Positions 29,102 through 41,934 of a DNA stretch of 64,000 bases are shown one piece after another (the first letter of the stretch is position 1; each line of letters begins with the position of its first letter). The position numbers and the translations under genes were made by a program. The notes under the pieces are model-generated. The model worked only from the letters and a program-made list of their open reading frames with translations, did not search any database and had not been told where the DNA came from. The DNA is taken from the NCBI RefSeq assembly GCF_964204645.1, contig NC_134026.1, forward strand, positions 11,059,950-11,123,949, read 5' to 3'. This DNA is from Tubulanus polymorphus (taxonomy: Eukaryota > Animalia > Nemertea).

Positions 29102-29228
29102 TACGGAAGAGCATTGCGGCCACATGAACATTTTCGACTATTAACCTCGAAATTTCGACTTATACGACGATAAGACGACGATATTAAGCAATTTTGTGTT
29201 GTTTCTCACGGTGTCAATAAACCTTCGT
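29102..29228. mobile_element. Decayed MITE with TACGGAAG terminus and TTTCGACT repeats
   Basis: Starts TACGGAAGAGCATTGCGGCCAC, ends CCTTCGT, and has internal TCGAAATTTCGACTT motifs like those of 45077-45349. Confidence 0.4.
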
Positions 29229-29704
29229 CCCTTCATGTGTTCTTGCTTACGTAAAAGTTCATCAATGAATTAGCTGCAGCATTGTGCGTACGCATATACT
29301 TAACACTCAGTCTATAGACTCAGTTTCGACTGCAATATAGGTTTTTCAACCCAATGCCCTAATCTCGAAAGTTGATATAAAGCGTACCTTTATTTCCCTA
29401 TAGAATCAAAATATCAAGAACCAATCTTTTTGTACCGACGTACCCCTAAAAGCCCCAGGAATGATTAATTTCGTAAGATAAATCCTCGAAACAAAATAAT
29501 AGGCGATTAGGTATATGCGTTATGGACTTTTCGCATCACAGGATGAATATCAAGTTAATATTCTAATGTATGTAATTCATGGAAATATACTCAGTTAACT
29601 ATATATACTAAATAATTAATATACTAAATTGAATGATGCTTTTCATTAGCACTATCTTCTTATTTCTTATTTACAGCAATGTGAAGTGGTTGTGAAATTA
29701 CGTA

Positions 29705-29855
29705 GGGTATGCGTAGGGTGTCTACTTTCAACCGCCCTGTAATTAGTCATCGCCTAACTGGTATGTATGGTGTCTACTACACACCGTCCTTTACAGTCAT
29801 AACCAAATGGGTATGTATAGGGTGTCTACTGTCGACAGTCCTGTAGTTATCGCCC
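29705..29855. repeat. Degenerate minisatellite, 3 units of about 50-55 bp
   Basis: GGTATG..TA(G)GGTGTCTACT...CC.T(G/T)TA..GT(C/T)AT recurs three times. Confidence 0.7.
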
Positions 29856-31317
29856 AGGTTTGTTTCAGCTTAACCATTTATACTTACTTAATTGTCCGAT
29901 TTACTCGTAAAAGTAAAACTGCTACTTTCTTATTTTTGAATTGGCACCTGCAACAAATATCTAATTGAATTGATATTGGCAATCAGTCAAATGTAAACTC
30001 GCATCGCTTCGTGCAAATAGCGTCAAATAGATCAGCCAGTTCGAATCCTGGAATCAAGGAATTCTTCCCTGGGACCCGGCCGTTAGGAAAAAAAGACATA
30101 GAGTGAATTTCTATATGTATTGGTGGGTTGAATTATCAGTATTTTTCTGTCGTTGAAATTGGTTTAGTTTTCGCCAACCATTAGGACCGTTTAAAAGTTT
30201 GAATGTAAGTAAGTAATAGTAAACATAAATCAAGAGAATAACAATAGTGTGTTCTGCGAAGTAGCAGGAAACCCTAATGAATTGTATAATATTCACACTG
30301 TTTAGTAAATAAGTGTCTGTGATCAATCCCCAACCCAGCGGAAATATAAGATCTCGCGAGTGGGTGTTTGCGACATTTCCATTGTTTTGCTGCTATGCGT
30401 GAATACACCACGTTTTTTGCGTCCATAAAATGGTATCAGACCACAATCAGGATAGTAGCTTAAGATGCGTAGGGCCTTTAGAATGGTACCTAGATACCAA
30501 AAATAGTACCAAGGATAAAAAGAGCCCCCCCCCCACGAATTTTGGTTCTATGTATGAAATTCATTGGTCCTGAGAAACAGGATGGCGAAATGTGGATTCC
30601 CTGGACTTTTTCTGCCTGGAGTAAGGTTACCAGAAATAGTTGGGGATTCCCTTCGACATTCGGCTCGGATGTATTGGCGTACCTGTACACTGAGATAACC
30701 CTCTTTCTAAAGGTTTCTAATTCCCCCTGGAATTACGCGATTATATTTCAATTTGACGCTCGGATTTCTTGTTTTTACTATAGGATACTAAACAATTTGG
30801 TCTGAGTTCAAATGTTACAATTAGGATCAGTTGTTTTTCTCAAAAGTACTAATTTTGAAGCTGTTGCAAGAGTATTCCAGTGAATATTAAAACCGTTTAT
30901 CATAGGTAATTTTTGAGAAAATTCTTCTTACATAGCAAAAGGAAACAATAAGGTTATCAAAACAAGAATCGGCCGTTTTTGTGTATCAGACACTCTACTG
31001 CCAGATGTACAGTACGTGAAACACGTCAACTCTATCCATTCCGATCCGATCCCAAGATCGTCGAATTATTTCGGAAATTATCGCGATGCGGCTAGGGGGC
31101 AAGCTAGGGATAGACACACCACGTCATGAATTGGATGTTGGTTATATTTTACAAAATCGGGTATACCTAAATGTGTTTCTAGTATGCATATTAGTACGGC
31201 GTAGCGTTCATCCTCCGCACATCAATACGAGTTTTTTTTACATCGAAATAACCACCGTGAACACTAGCACACGATCATCGAGGACCCGAGTAGTTAACGC
31301 GTATTTGCTACACTGAC

Positions 31318-31349
31318 CATGGACGTATAAACTAGTTTATACGTCCATG
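31318..31349. mobile_element. 32-bp perfect palindrome with 7-bp TSD (P-element-type footprint or micro-element)
   Basis: CACTGAC|CATGGACGTATAAACTAGTTTATACGTCCATG|CACTGAC. Confidence 0.85.
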
Positions 31350-34300
31350 CACTGACGTAATTCATTGATCTGGCGATAGTAAATACCCGCCTGGAGTTAC
31401 AAAATAAGGTTTGCATTAAATACAATATGTTTGTGAGGGAACGTGTAGTTTCCTCTAACCGCATATTCCGAAACATATCATCTTCCGTTCGCTTGTCGCT
31501 ATTGCATATAACCCCACGCTTATTACTCTCAAACGTCTTGTTTGGATTAAGTTTACTGCACTGCAATAGCTGGACGTCGACATATTTAAGCACACGGAGC
31601 CGTGACGTTCTAATCGTCGATGTATCGACGTTCAATGAGATGTCATTGCTTAGATTTTATATGGCAATGTTCTACCAGGCGCCAAAATAATTCTTTCTAT
31701 TTGATTTGATTCAATCCATACATTACGTACTTATTATGTTGTCTTCGTCTGCTTCGACGTATTTTAGATGGTAATATATCTTGTTTCCAATCAGAATTAC
31801 ACCTATGACAGTTGACTTCTGAAATTGCAACTGCAAATGCGTTCTGAAATGCGTTAACGAATTTTTGGGGGAGGGGATGGGTTGACCGTTCAGACCCCTC
31901 TGAACAACCCTTTAAGCCGCTCCTGATCGTTTATCCGAACGTTTTCGTGTACGCACCGGTAAGTAGATGTACATGTAGTTCAACCGTACGTAATTACCTA
32001 TCGTGTCCGCCGTGTCCACTTATTCAGTCGCGTGATACGAGTGATGCGCTCGTATATTTTCATGGTATCAACAATTCAGTATACAGTCATTCATCAATGT
32101 AATTTCCCACGATCTGTACGTAGACGAAAGAAAACGTCCGAAAACGTACCTGGCGTATATAAGACCTTCTTAAAAAACAGGGAGAGTGATAGTAGAGATT
32201 TTTGTTGTGCATACTGTAACCCGCTATATTCCATGTCTCCAAACACGGACATCATTTTCTGGTCCATTAACTAGATTATCCACATTGCTGAGTGGTAAAT
32301 CATGTCGCAGGGTGTGCCCATCACTACCAATCAAACATCATTAATGCCTTTTTACAGATATAAAAACAGTCGGAGCAAATACGTAGGTAGATATATCCTT
32401 AATTGCACCGTCCCGATAGGACCGGTTGACGACTGTTTATATACGATGGAATGAACTCGGTAAATAAATAATAGAGATTTGTGGGATTCGATTCGGTCAC
32501 CGCGTTGCGCGAAGTGACTGTAAATATGTTTTATATGGAAAAATCATGTCAGTCGTTCAAACTCCATAAATGAGACAGTGCTATCATGTAGCCATTTTCT
32601 ATTATTGACTGTATTTATGAAGAATTGTGACTGGTTAAGCAGAATTGATAATGATTTGAAACCATAACCGTATGGTTGTCCTTGCATGGTTACTCAGTTA
32701 CATGCCACGGTCTTCGCAAATCTTGCTGAATATATAAACCTCCTTTTAGATTTAAAATTATCCTTTCTCAGTAAAATTTCCAGAATGGATAACAACGATA
32801 ATTATCATTGTTATCCATTCTAGGTTTGATCGTATTGGATTTTTTTATATTTACGTAATTGTGTCAATAAGCTACCCAGGTAGTGTTCACGTCCTTCTGC
32901 CAGCAAGTTTATTCTTATCAACCGTGTCGTTTAGCGATAAACTTACCGGATAGATCGATAGTACCCGGATAGATCGATAGTAATGAGAACATATTTCTTC
33001 CATGCCACAAAATTGTTGTTAGTGTAGGACTTTACCTGGCTGCGAGATTCGACGCGAATATTCATGTTTCAAGTATCGTTCATGCAATATAAACATCGGG
33101 GAACTCTTTTTATCGACAAGTAATCGGATATTTTGCACAATCCCACTGCCGGGGAGTTCTATGGTAAGCGGGGAGTTCTCTACAAGGTAGATATCGTCAC
33201 AACGTTGAATTCCCACAAAAAAAGCAGAACGGTGAACCTAAATATAGATTACGGGGTAATAGTATAACACCCTGAAATTTCCGCACGTTAAAAATCCTTA
33301 AATCGACGATCAGGAACCAGCGACGAGAAAACGTTCTTAAAACTTCAAACCGTAAATTTCACTTTATTTTCTTCGATATATCGGAGAGACGAGGCTGGAC
33401 ATCCAACCCGCTCAAAAGCTACAACTCGAATCCCTGATTTCTTTCAACAAATTTTCTACCAGGAGGCTATTACATAAGACACCAAGAGTGACAGAGACCA
33501 GAAGGCAGTTATCAAAACCATACAAACTGACTGACACTTCAAGTACACTTCTAAAACAAACAAACAGTCCGACACTCAAAAACTGACTGACACCCTGCCC
33601 CCTTAGTAACATCAATGAAAATAAGACAATATTCGTAAAATAAGAAGTAGAAACCATAAACTAGACCTAAAAATGCTCTGTTAATTTAGACTAAATTTAG
33701 TTGAATATCTACACTGTTATAATAGGGTAAGGGTGTATGGACATGTTGGTTGTGATTCGGTTCTTTATTTCGAGGTGATTCGAAGACCCACTAACTGTAG
33801 GCAGGTGATATCGGCTTACAGGGTGACTAGGCGTCCAGTGATCCAGTCGTCCAATAGTGTTATAGCCACACTATGTGTATGGTGCGCCAAACCAAAAAAT
33901 CATGTTTCTCGGGCGGGGCAATCACCACACAGGGTAGGTAGGTAGGAAATTTCCGGACGAAATATGATTAGCAGCTAAAAGACCTCAATAGTAAAAGGAA
34001 GTTGATGTTTTTTGTTCAATAAACTATCAAAAAAATATATTTTACACTTGGAAACTGTTTATGAAAAGAAAAACATCAAAATCTTGAATAGGCGTATAAT
34101 ATATTTCGCACGGAATTCTTGGAATTTCACAATCCAAGGTTGCTATCAATGTCTGATTAGCAAAGTTGTCTGAGCACAGTTGTACCATTTCCAGAATCAA
34201 ATTGTTAACTCCGATCCAATGAAATATTTTCATCATGTCTATCTCAGCGGCGTCAACACGAATTGATAAAAAGGAAAAAAAAGATTTACGAGTATGGAGA

Positions 34301-34483
34301 GTCTTGTCGTCGGTCGGCCACATGGATATTTTTCAAAAAAGTTATTTCATCCAAAAATTTGAAATAGGATCGGTAGACAATTCAATCGGTGGAGCCCAAG
34401 AAACAGGATTTTCTTTTTGTGTAGCCTTAGGCCGAACTGTGACTGCGCAATTCATACTGTCTGCACACTTAGCAGCAGTGAAG

Positions 34484-34691
34484 CATCCTCGCCGGCAGGA
34501 ATTCGAACCTGATGGCATCGAGATTACCACGGTACGAAACCCTGCCACACTAATTGATCTGATTGGTGCCGCAAGTTTTCGTGCGGCAAAGCTGTACATG
34601 TACCTGCGCACCCGGTCTACTGTGGCAGGGGTACGCGCCATGGCTGAGTGTAGCGATGCCATCAGGTTCGAATCCCTGCCGTGGGAGGATA
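34484..34691. mobile_element. MITE with long imperfect TIRs containing tRNA-like B-box motifs, copy B
   Basis: Perfect 8-bp TSD CAGTGAAG at 34476-34483 and 34692-34699. Ends CATCCTCGCCGGCAGGAATTCGAACCTGATGGCATCG / CGATGCCATCAGGTTCGAATCCCTGCCGTGGGAGGATA. Confidence 0.85.
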
Positions 34692-35891
34692 CAGTGAAGA
34701 GATGACAGAATAATGAAACGCGTTGGATAGAAAATGTGCTGAAAGCAATATTTCTTTTATAAGTTTCCAAAATTCAAATTAGATACTTAATGCTATTCTC
34801 AGCACAAATATGAATATTCAAAAATTTCTCAGAACAATGAATCACAAATGAACTGACGAAATGTCTGTGAGGATGAAAAAAACTGTATCGGTCAAAACTG
34901 ATTCCATCAGCATTATTTGACCTTTAATGCAGGACGTTACATGTTTTAGACCAATAAGAAAAAGAAAACAAATGATAAAACTTTTGTGAAATAGGAAATA
35001 CTCAAAACCATCTCTCGCCTGAAGAAACCAGGAAACCACCGGTATCTTATCCGTGTAAGCAAGACGGTATCTTTAAGCGCAGGACTTTTTCGCAAACTGT
35101 CGCAATTCTTTGCAACTTTCATGAAGGACCATTTTACTATGAATGAAGTTATGTGTCGAGGAACTTGGATCTCACACCTGTGCCCGTCGAGACAGGCATT
35201 GATGAACTTCAATCTTGTTACACAGTTACATTCCAAGTATGTAGGCCTACCTAAATCAAATTTCAATCGATCTGGGTTGCTTGCCTTAAGTCGATGGGTA
35301 GGATAAAAGGGATTGCTTGCGAAGGATTGTAATTTGGCTAATTATCAATGAGAAATGATACTCCGGATGATGTAAATGAAATTAAATTCCGAAAGCTGAG
35401 CGCGGATATTGCGAGCGAGGTATTAATTACTGAGAAAGGATAGATGTTGACTAAGATGCATTTACCTGATTAATGATTGAAAGCGAATTAAATGAAAACT
35501 AAGAAAATCGACTACGTTACTCAATGCAGTTCGAATAGATGAACCTTGTAACAAAGAAAAACGAATTTTTTCTTGGCTCCAAAACAAGGAATTTCTCGCT
35601 GAAACAAAGAATTTCTTGATTTTACACCTATGATACGATATTCATTTATTGTATTTTTAACCATGCAATGCCATGTTACGCCTGAAAATGCGCCAAAGTA
35701 TTAAATCGAAAAATAGTTTACCGTGTTGAAAAGAAATGTAAGTTAGTTTTTGCGCCCACAAACAAAGCAAGGGCGTGCCTTCCAAAACGCGAAGATAATT
35801 ATGGCTAACCTTAATTCCGAGCCTATGTAAACGCGCGGATTTTTGGCAGACTGTTCTGCGTCTTTTTAAACGCGCCGATGACTTCTTGCAA

Positions 35892-35955
35892 TGGTCTACT
35901 GGTTAGAACGCTTGCTTTCTGCGTACGACACTCTGGGTCGATCCCCGGTGTGTAC
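35892..35955 (+). mobile_element. tRNA-derived SINE head (decayed)
   Basis: A-box TGGTCTACTGG and B-box-like GGGTCGATCCC at tRNA-like spacing, with no acceptor stem visible. Confidence 0.4.
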
Positions 35956-38900
35956 AGATAATTTCACTGCCACGTTTAAACGTTACAAGTGGAGAACCCG
36001 AGTAAGAGCATCACACTCTCTAGATCTGCATAGGATATGCCTGAATAAGGGTTTATGAACACAGTCGAACCGAGTGATGATATTTGACGGCGCTCATTTA
36101 GTATCTGATAAATGGCGATCGGAATTATTTCCGCCGGATAAAAGCGGCGTAGGCAGAACGGGGGTCCCGTGTCCGGTTGAGGCGAATAGGATATCATTCA
36201 ATCAGAGACTAATCGTATAGGATTTAAAACGATGCCCGTGTTTATGATATGTGAATCAGAATTAGGCTCCTTGTATTAAATTAATCACGCAATTCGTCAC
36301 GAAATTCGTCACGTGGCGCGATAGAAAAAATGTATTACTTAAATCATTAACAAAATATTTCATTTATCTCGAATCAAACAAAATCAATTATTAACTGAAT
36401 TTCGTACGTAAAACTTCTGATAAGAAGTTACGTTATCAAACTCTACACGTTTTGGAATCGATGGAAATAAATTCACACGATTTTCTTTAAGAATTACCTA
36501 CGTATACCTATTCGTATCTAAACGAATATTTTGACTGGAAACGTGATCGTGGTTTTTTGTTATTCATTCATTCTTGACACGAATTCATCAGTTTTTGAGT
36601 CCGTCGTCAGTTACCAGCAACAAATTGGCCGGATTTGCTTTAAACGTGATCTACATGAGGACGCCGTATAGTTTACACGCTGGCCGGCAGAATAGTTCTT
36701 CTATTCCAAATATTTCAATGCCGCGTCGTTGCTTGGCGACGATGTGTATTTTAGCAAATACGGCAGACTCGTCATTCATTTCAAACACGTTACGTGTGGT
36801 TGATAGGCTGTTGACTTTTCCCTTTCAGTGTTAGGCCTACATAAACTGTAGATGTACTGTAGATGTACTACTAGATCCATTCCCCTCCCCCAACATCAAC
36901 TAGATTTAATCCCGACAAGTTTAAGCTCGTGATATGACTTCGACCGTTCATCTGATGATTTCGGAACCATCGGAACGAAAATATCTCATGAGCTCGAAAT
37001 ATTGTAATAACAAATCACTTCCCAATCGATACACCTCGATCCTTTCTTAATTCCTTATTCCGACGCATACACTACGAAACAGATTGGAATCTCTTCTATC
37101 AACATGCCAACGTTTTTCGTCACTCAAACGATGCGAGTTTCGTAGCAAAATCGATCGACGAAAAATGCTCAATTCGCTTGCGATTTGTGGGTATTTCAAA
37201 CATCTCACTGTTGTGAGAAAAAGGATTCCAGTCAGCATTGTTTTGACCTTCAAAGCAAAACATTATGATTTGGGCCAATAAGTAAAAAGACAAAAAAATG
37301 GGCCTAATAATACTTGTGAGGAATAAAAAATCACTTTATAAAAACTAACTTGGAGCAAGAATTCCACATTAACCATAAAACCTACCGACAAATTTCCGTT
37401 TTAACTTATATGCAGTAATCAGAGTAAACCCATTGAAATCAATCCCAGGCGCATGATTCTAAGAGAAGACTATATGCGCAATATGCAAATCTTAGGCTGG
37501 CTCAAGTCGTTAAGCGACTCGACGCCTAAAGATGCAACTGGGTTTATCGCCGATTAACGGGAACTGGCGGCCAATGTACGATTAACGCCATGCCCTTCCG
37601 ACAGCATGCACATGAAATCTCGTTATTTCATATCGAAACATTCATTTAAATCATTGTATCTTACTTAATAATGTACTCGTCTGTCAGTCATCACCAACGA
37701 CCTGCCTGAAACCTGGTTCTCACTGAGAAATCAGCCAGCCGCAATAAAACCCAGCTGGTTACAATTTTTTGAAGCCTCTACAATTTTTGTATTCATAGAT
37801 TGTTAAATACAGTGCGCTATATAAAGTGTATTGAGCGAGTCTATATGCGCTACCGCATCAATATTGGCGTTTCAAAGTAACAATTTCAATTGTGAAAATT
37901 GGCATTTATTTCGTAATTGAATAAATTTCATGGCACTTATTTTCTATTGAATGAATTATATTGATGTTTTTTTAAATTTGTATTAAGAATATTGTGCGAG
38001 TGGATGTGCACTACGTCATCAATATTTGGGCTAGACTCTAATCAACTTAATTGAACTTTAATCCTTAGTATTATATAATCTATATCATGTTATTCATTGT
38101 CAACATTAAGAAGTGATATATGTCGTTTTTTCAAGGCGATAAACTTTCAAGTTAGTTTTCACTTTTCTAAAAACAAGCAACCGCTCAAAAACATTCCTAG
38201 ACCATCGACAAACCCTTTGATTTTATAAGTTTAATGACGAAAATCTGGATTAAATGCGAGTACTCTGAGACAGGCTAAGATGTGGACAATGTTTTCATCG
38301 ATAGCAAGTTTAGTCAAACGAGGACACGAATAAGGGGAATATACGTACGTACGTGTACACATGTACATTTTATACTTTCGCCAGTTACCGGTCTTCTCTG
38401 GCTGAATGAGCGTCACTACATAAATTGTAACTCTTGTGGCTCGTCGGGGAGGTTAGAGGTCGTGCACATTGAACACTTTTTGAGACGCTGCGACCATTTC
38501 TTACAAATAGAAATCCTTATTGATCTGAAAGCCCTGTCCTACTTTTAGTGAAACTGAAAACAAGCGTCATAGGATGGATTCCTGGTAGATTCCGGGCTTA
38601 AGCATGTCTCAGAGTATCTGCATTTAAGCCACTTTAGTGTCTTTCGGATACTGTAAATTTTAGTATGATTTATTTCTTCAGTAAATTCGATGGTATCTTA
38701 TTTGAATAATTCACTGCATAAGTTATGATAGGGAACCAGTAAACCTATATGTTTTCTGAGAGATAAAAGAAAGAGCTATTCAAAAATCAATTGTTTTAAA
38801 TTTAGACCTTGGGGTCCTCTCAGGGACTGTCCCAAAGAGGTCAACCAGAGGTCAAACCACATAGAAAAATCTGTACCATCCTATTAGGCTAAAATATTAC

Positions 38901-41250
38901 CTAAATACCATTGTAATTGATTTGTAATGATAATAACCTCTAAGCAGTCATGCCGAATCATTTTGGTTAGGTCATGAATGTTGGAGGGGATTCAATCGTC
39001 TTAAAAAATAGAGGCGACAAAAAGGTCAAAATCCTGAAAATTACTGAACATCTTCAAAATCGCTCGGCATCCTAATCCTTTCCATCCTAATCGACTTCGA
39101 AATTGGCATGTCTACACACGACTGTATCACCTTTTAGTACTTAATACAGTCAATTGTAAACATATAACAGTATTACGGTGTCTAATGGAATCTAAAAAAG
39201 TCATTTGAGCTCTTTTAGCGGTTTTGTGCAATTTTGAATGGAAAAATTTGGCAGGGAAAGAGTTAACGTCCACGCACGTAAATTGAAGCTAAAACTATAT
39301 TCCTGTCGAGTTTGGCTTATCGGGTTTATAGTGGGAAGACATATTATATTTAATTTGATGCTTGAAGTTATATTTGTACAGTACGGTTCTTGTGCCATGC
39401 ACTTTTTTTCCTGTAAATATTTTTGTAATTCTGGTATTGTTTGTATATATGTATATATTGTTTTCTTTTTTATTGATTCATTGTTCATTCACGATCATGT
39501 CATTTGATTATGATGAATAAACTAACTTGTAATCTGAATCGTTTGTGGAGATATCATCGTGAACAAAACTAAGCATGATGATTCATCATGACTGAAACAG
39601 AAATATCCTCGCGTCAGACCAACGTCTCACATGCAAGCAGTTAAGAGATAATGTATCCCAAAGCCCGCGGATGATTTGCCTGATTGTGGACACTTTCTCG
39701 CAGGGTTTATACAGCTGAAATATGAATTTTGGTGAGATTGGACATATTCTGTATATTCTGTAGTGTATGTATATACTGGACTCAATGAACAAATGTGTAT
39801 AGGCCTACAGTACATACAGAAATGTATCGAGAGACAGAGCTAATCATCTCTGAACTCTCAACATGATATTGGGACCAAGATCGATGCCATTATCACGAAA
39901 TGAGTGGTCAATTTGAAATTATCGACCCACTCAGTATACAGCAGACCTGACGAATTCATTCATTACGAGTATTCTATCCACCACGTCCGAAGAGCTAGAT
40001 CGTTGATAATGTTATTTGATGTGCTCGCGGTGCAGTTTCATTTTCCATGGGTATATGTTAACTACTGTTGTTTACATAATCCCTGATACCAAAAGCTTTA
40101 CAACAACTGGACGTATCGGCCCCACTCCGCGCGGTTCCGCCACCGTGCGGGATTTACGCGAAGCAGCAAACACAAACATGGCCACTCTCTCAATTTTCAA
40201 TGATAGAAATCGTGTGTGCATTTCAATTATTTCGGCTGTTAGGGTTTTAAGGCACAATATAAGTTGATGATGTGATATGGCGATGTTAATTAATGATAAT
40301 TCCGCAGTGAAGCTAGTCACGAACGGTGCCGATTGAGTGTACAGCTGCCAAAAACACTGAAATGTGCGTAGTTGCGTAACTATTTGCGGTGAATTGCAGA
40401 CGAAACATTAAGCCTTAACGGCCGTTTAAAAAAAAATTATACCAATCGCAATTGTAAAATAAAAATGAGATAGAACCTAAGTTAAAATTCTGGCCATTTC
40501 TGAAATGTTTTTACTAATTTTAAGTCAGCGCGGAACGTTTAGTTTTCCAACAATAATGAGGGGTGGTAGGAAGTCATGCAATTCAAGTCATCATTTATTA
40601 CACGTTACTTCCGTGTTGTTGAAAATCTCGCGAGTCCTGGAACAAACCCCATTGAACAATGTGATCTGTGTGCTGGCCACAAATGCACACAGATCACACT
40701 ACACTACCCATTACAAACTCCAGTACCCACAGCTTTCATATATCCATCCAAATATTTAGAGTGTCTTTCTTCCTGGATGATATACGTATATGAAAAGAAG
40801 GTATTGCAGCACGATAAACAGTTTCCGAGCTTCGCATGTGTTAGAAACGTTTTCCAAAAAAGCTAGAAGAGAAAAACCGTCCGACGATCGATGTTAGGTT
40901 TAGGCAGAAATGCTGTGAATCTTGAATCATTTCCACCGACTAGGTATCTCAGCCCTTGTACACTGATGTAACTATATGTATCTTTGAGCATAGTTGTCGT
41001 TCGTCGTGTATTCAGATGTCAAATTGCGTTGGCTTCTAAAGCTGATGAAATTCAATTTGTCTACAGAATGCCACTCATTTATTTTCCAGTGAACTGAAAT
41101 TGACTGTTAGATTGGATTGAGCCCATACAACTCTCGCAGTAGATGGCTCCGAATCGTTCACTGAGATTTCACGTTTCGTCTACAATATACCTATACAGTA
41201 CATTTTATTCAAGTTGTGCATATCACATATCAAGCCAACCTTTCGCCCCC

Positions 41251-41287
41251 ATACGAAGCTGGATCAAGCGTAATATTCCATTTGATT

Positions 41288-41383
<96 letters not shown>

Positions 41384-41416
41384 AATCAAATGGAATATTA
41401 CGCTTGATCCAGCTTC

Positions 41417-41499
<83 letters not shown>
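41251..41499. repeat. (AT)n tracts with a perfect 40-bp inverted duplication (170-bp palindrome)
   Basis: 41251-41290 is the exact reverse complement of 41381-41420. The arms are separated by 90 bp of (AT)n and followed by more (AT)n. Confidence 0.95.
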
Positions 41500-41501
<2 letters not shown>

Positions 41502-41934
41502 CGACCTACGTCCGATATAGCATCAGCTCATATCGTTATCGAAAATCGAATTTGACGTCCAGATTTCTCACTTTTCAGTAGTTTTTTCATTATAAAGAAA
41601 CACATAGCGTTTATACAACGGACATATAATTCAATATCTATGGATATTTACTTCGATATATCGTAACATGTATTATACTAATCCTCTATATTTTTTAATC
41701 AACATTAATGGGTAATACATAACATCTAACTCATAATTAGTCACAACTAACTCAGTCATAATTCTCTATTCGATTTGTCCAAACGAATCGTATAAGATTC
41801 TAGAGTGTCCTGAATGCATTGCATTTCAATTCAATTCATTGTACATGTAATTCAATAATTATTGATGTCCTTACAGTTTTTTCTAATCTTAGCGAATTAT
41901 CGTATTAACTCGAAACGTTTTACAGTAGACTCCG

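Noticed and set aside
34235-34770. 156-aa and 142-aa ORFs on opposite strands
   Set aside because: They span the GC-rich B-box MITE and resemble no protein family.
36950-37010. Hammerhead ribozyme core (CTGATGA...GAAA)
   Set aside because: The stem II closing pair is mismatched and no valid stem I/III with an NUH site could be built.
39250-39266. piggyBac-like terminus GGCAGGGAAAGAG|TTAA
   Set aside because: No matching left TIR was found, so no element can be delimited.
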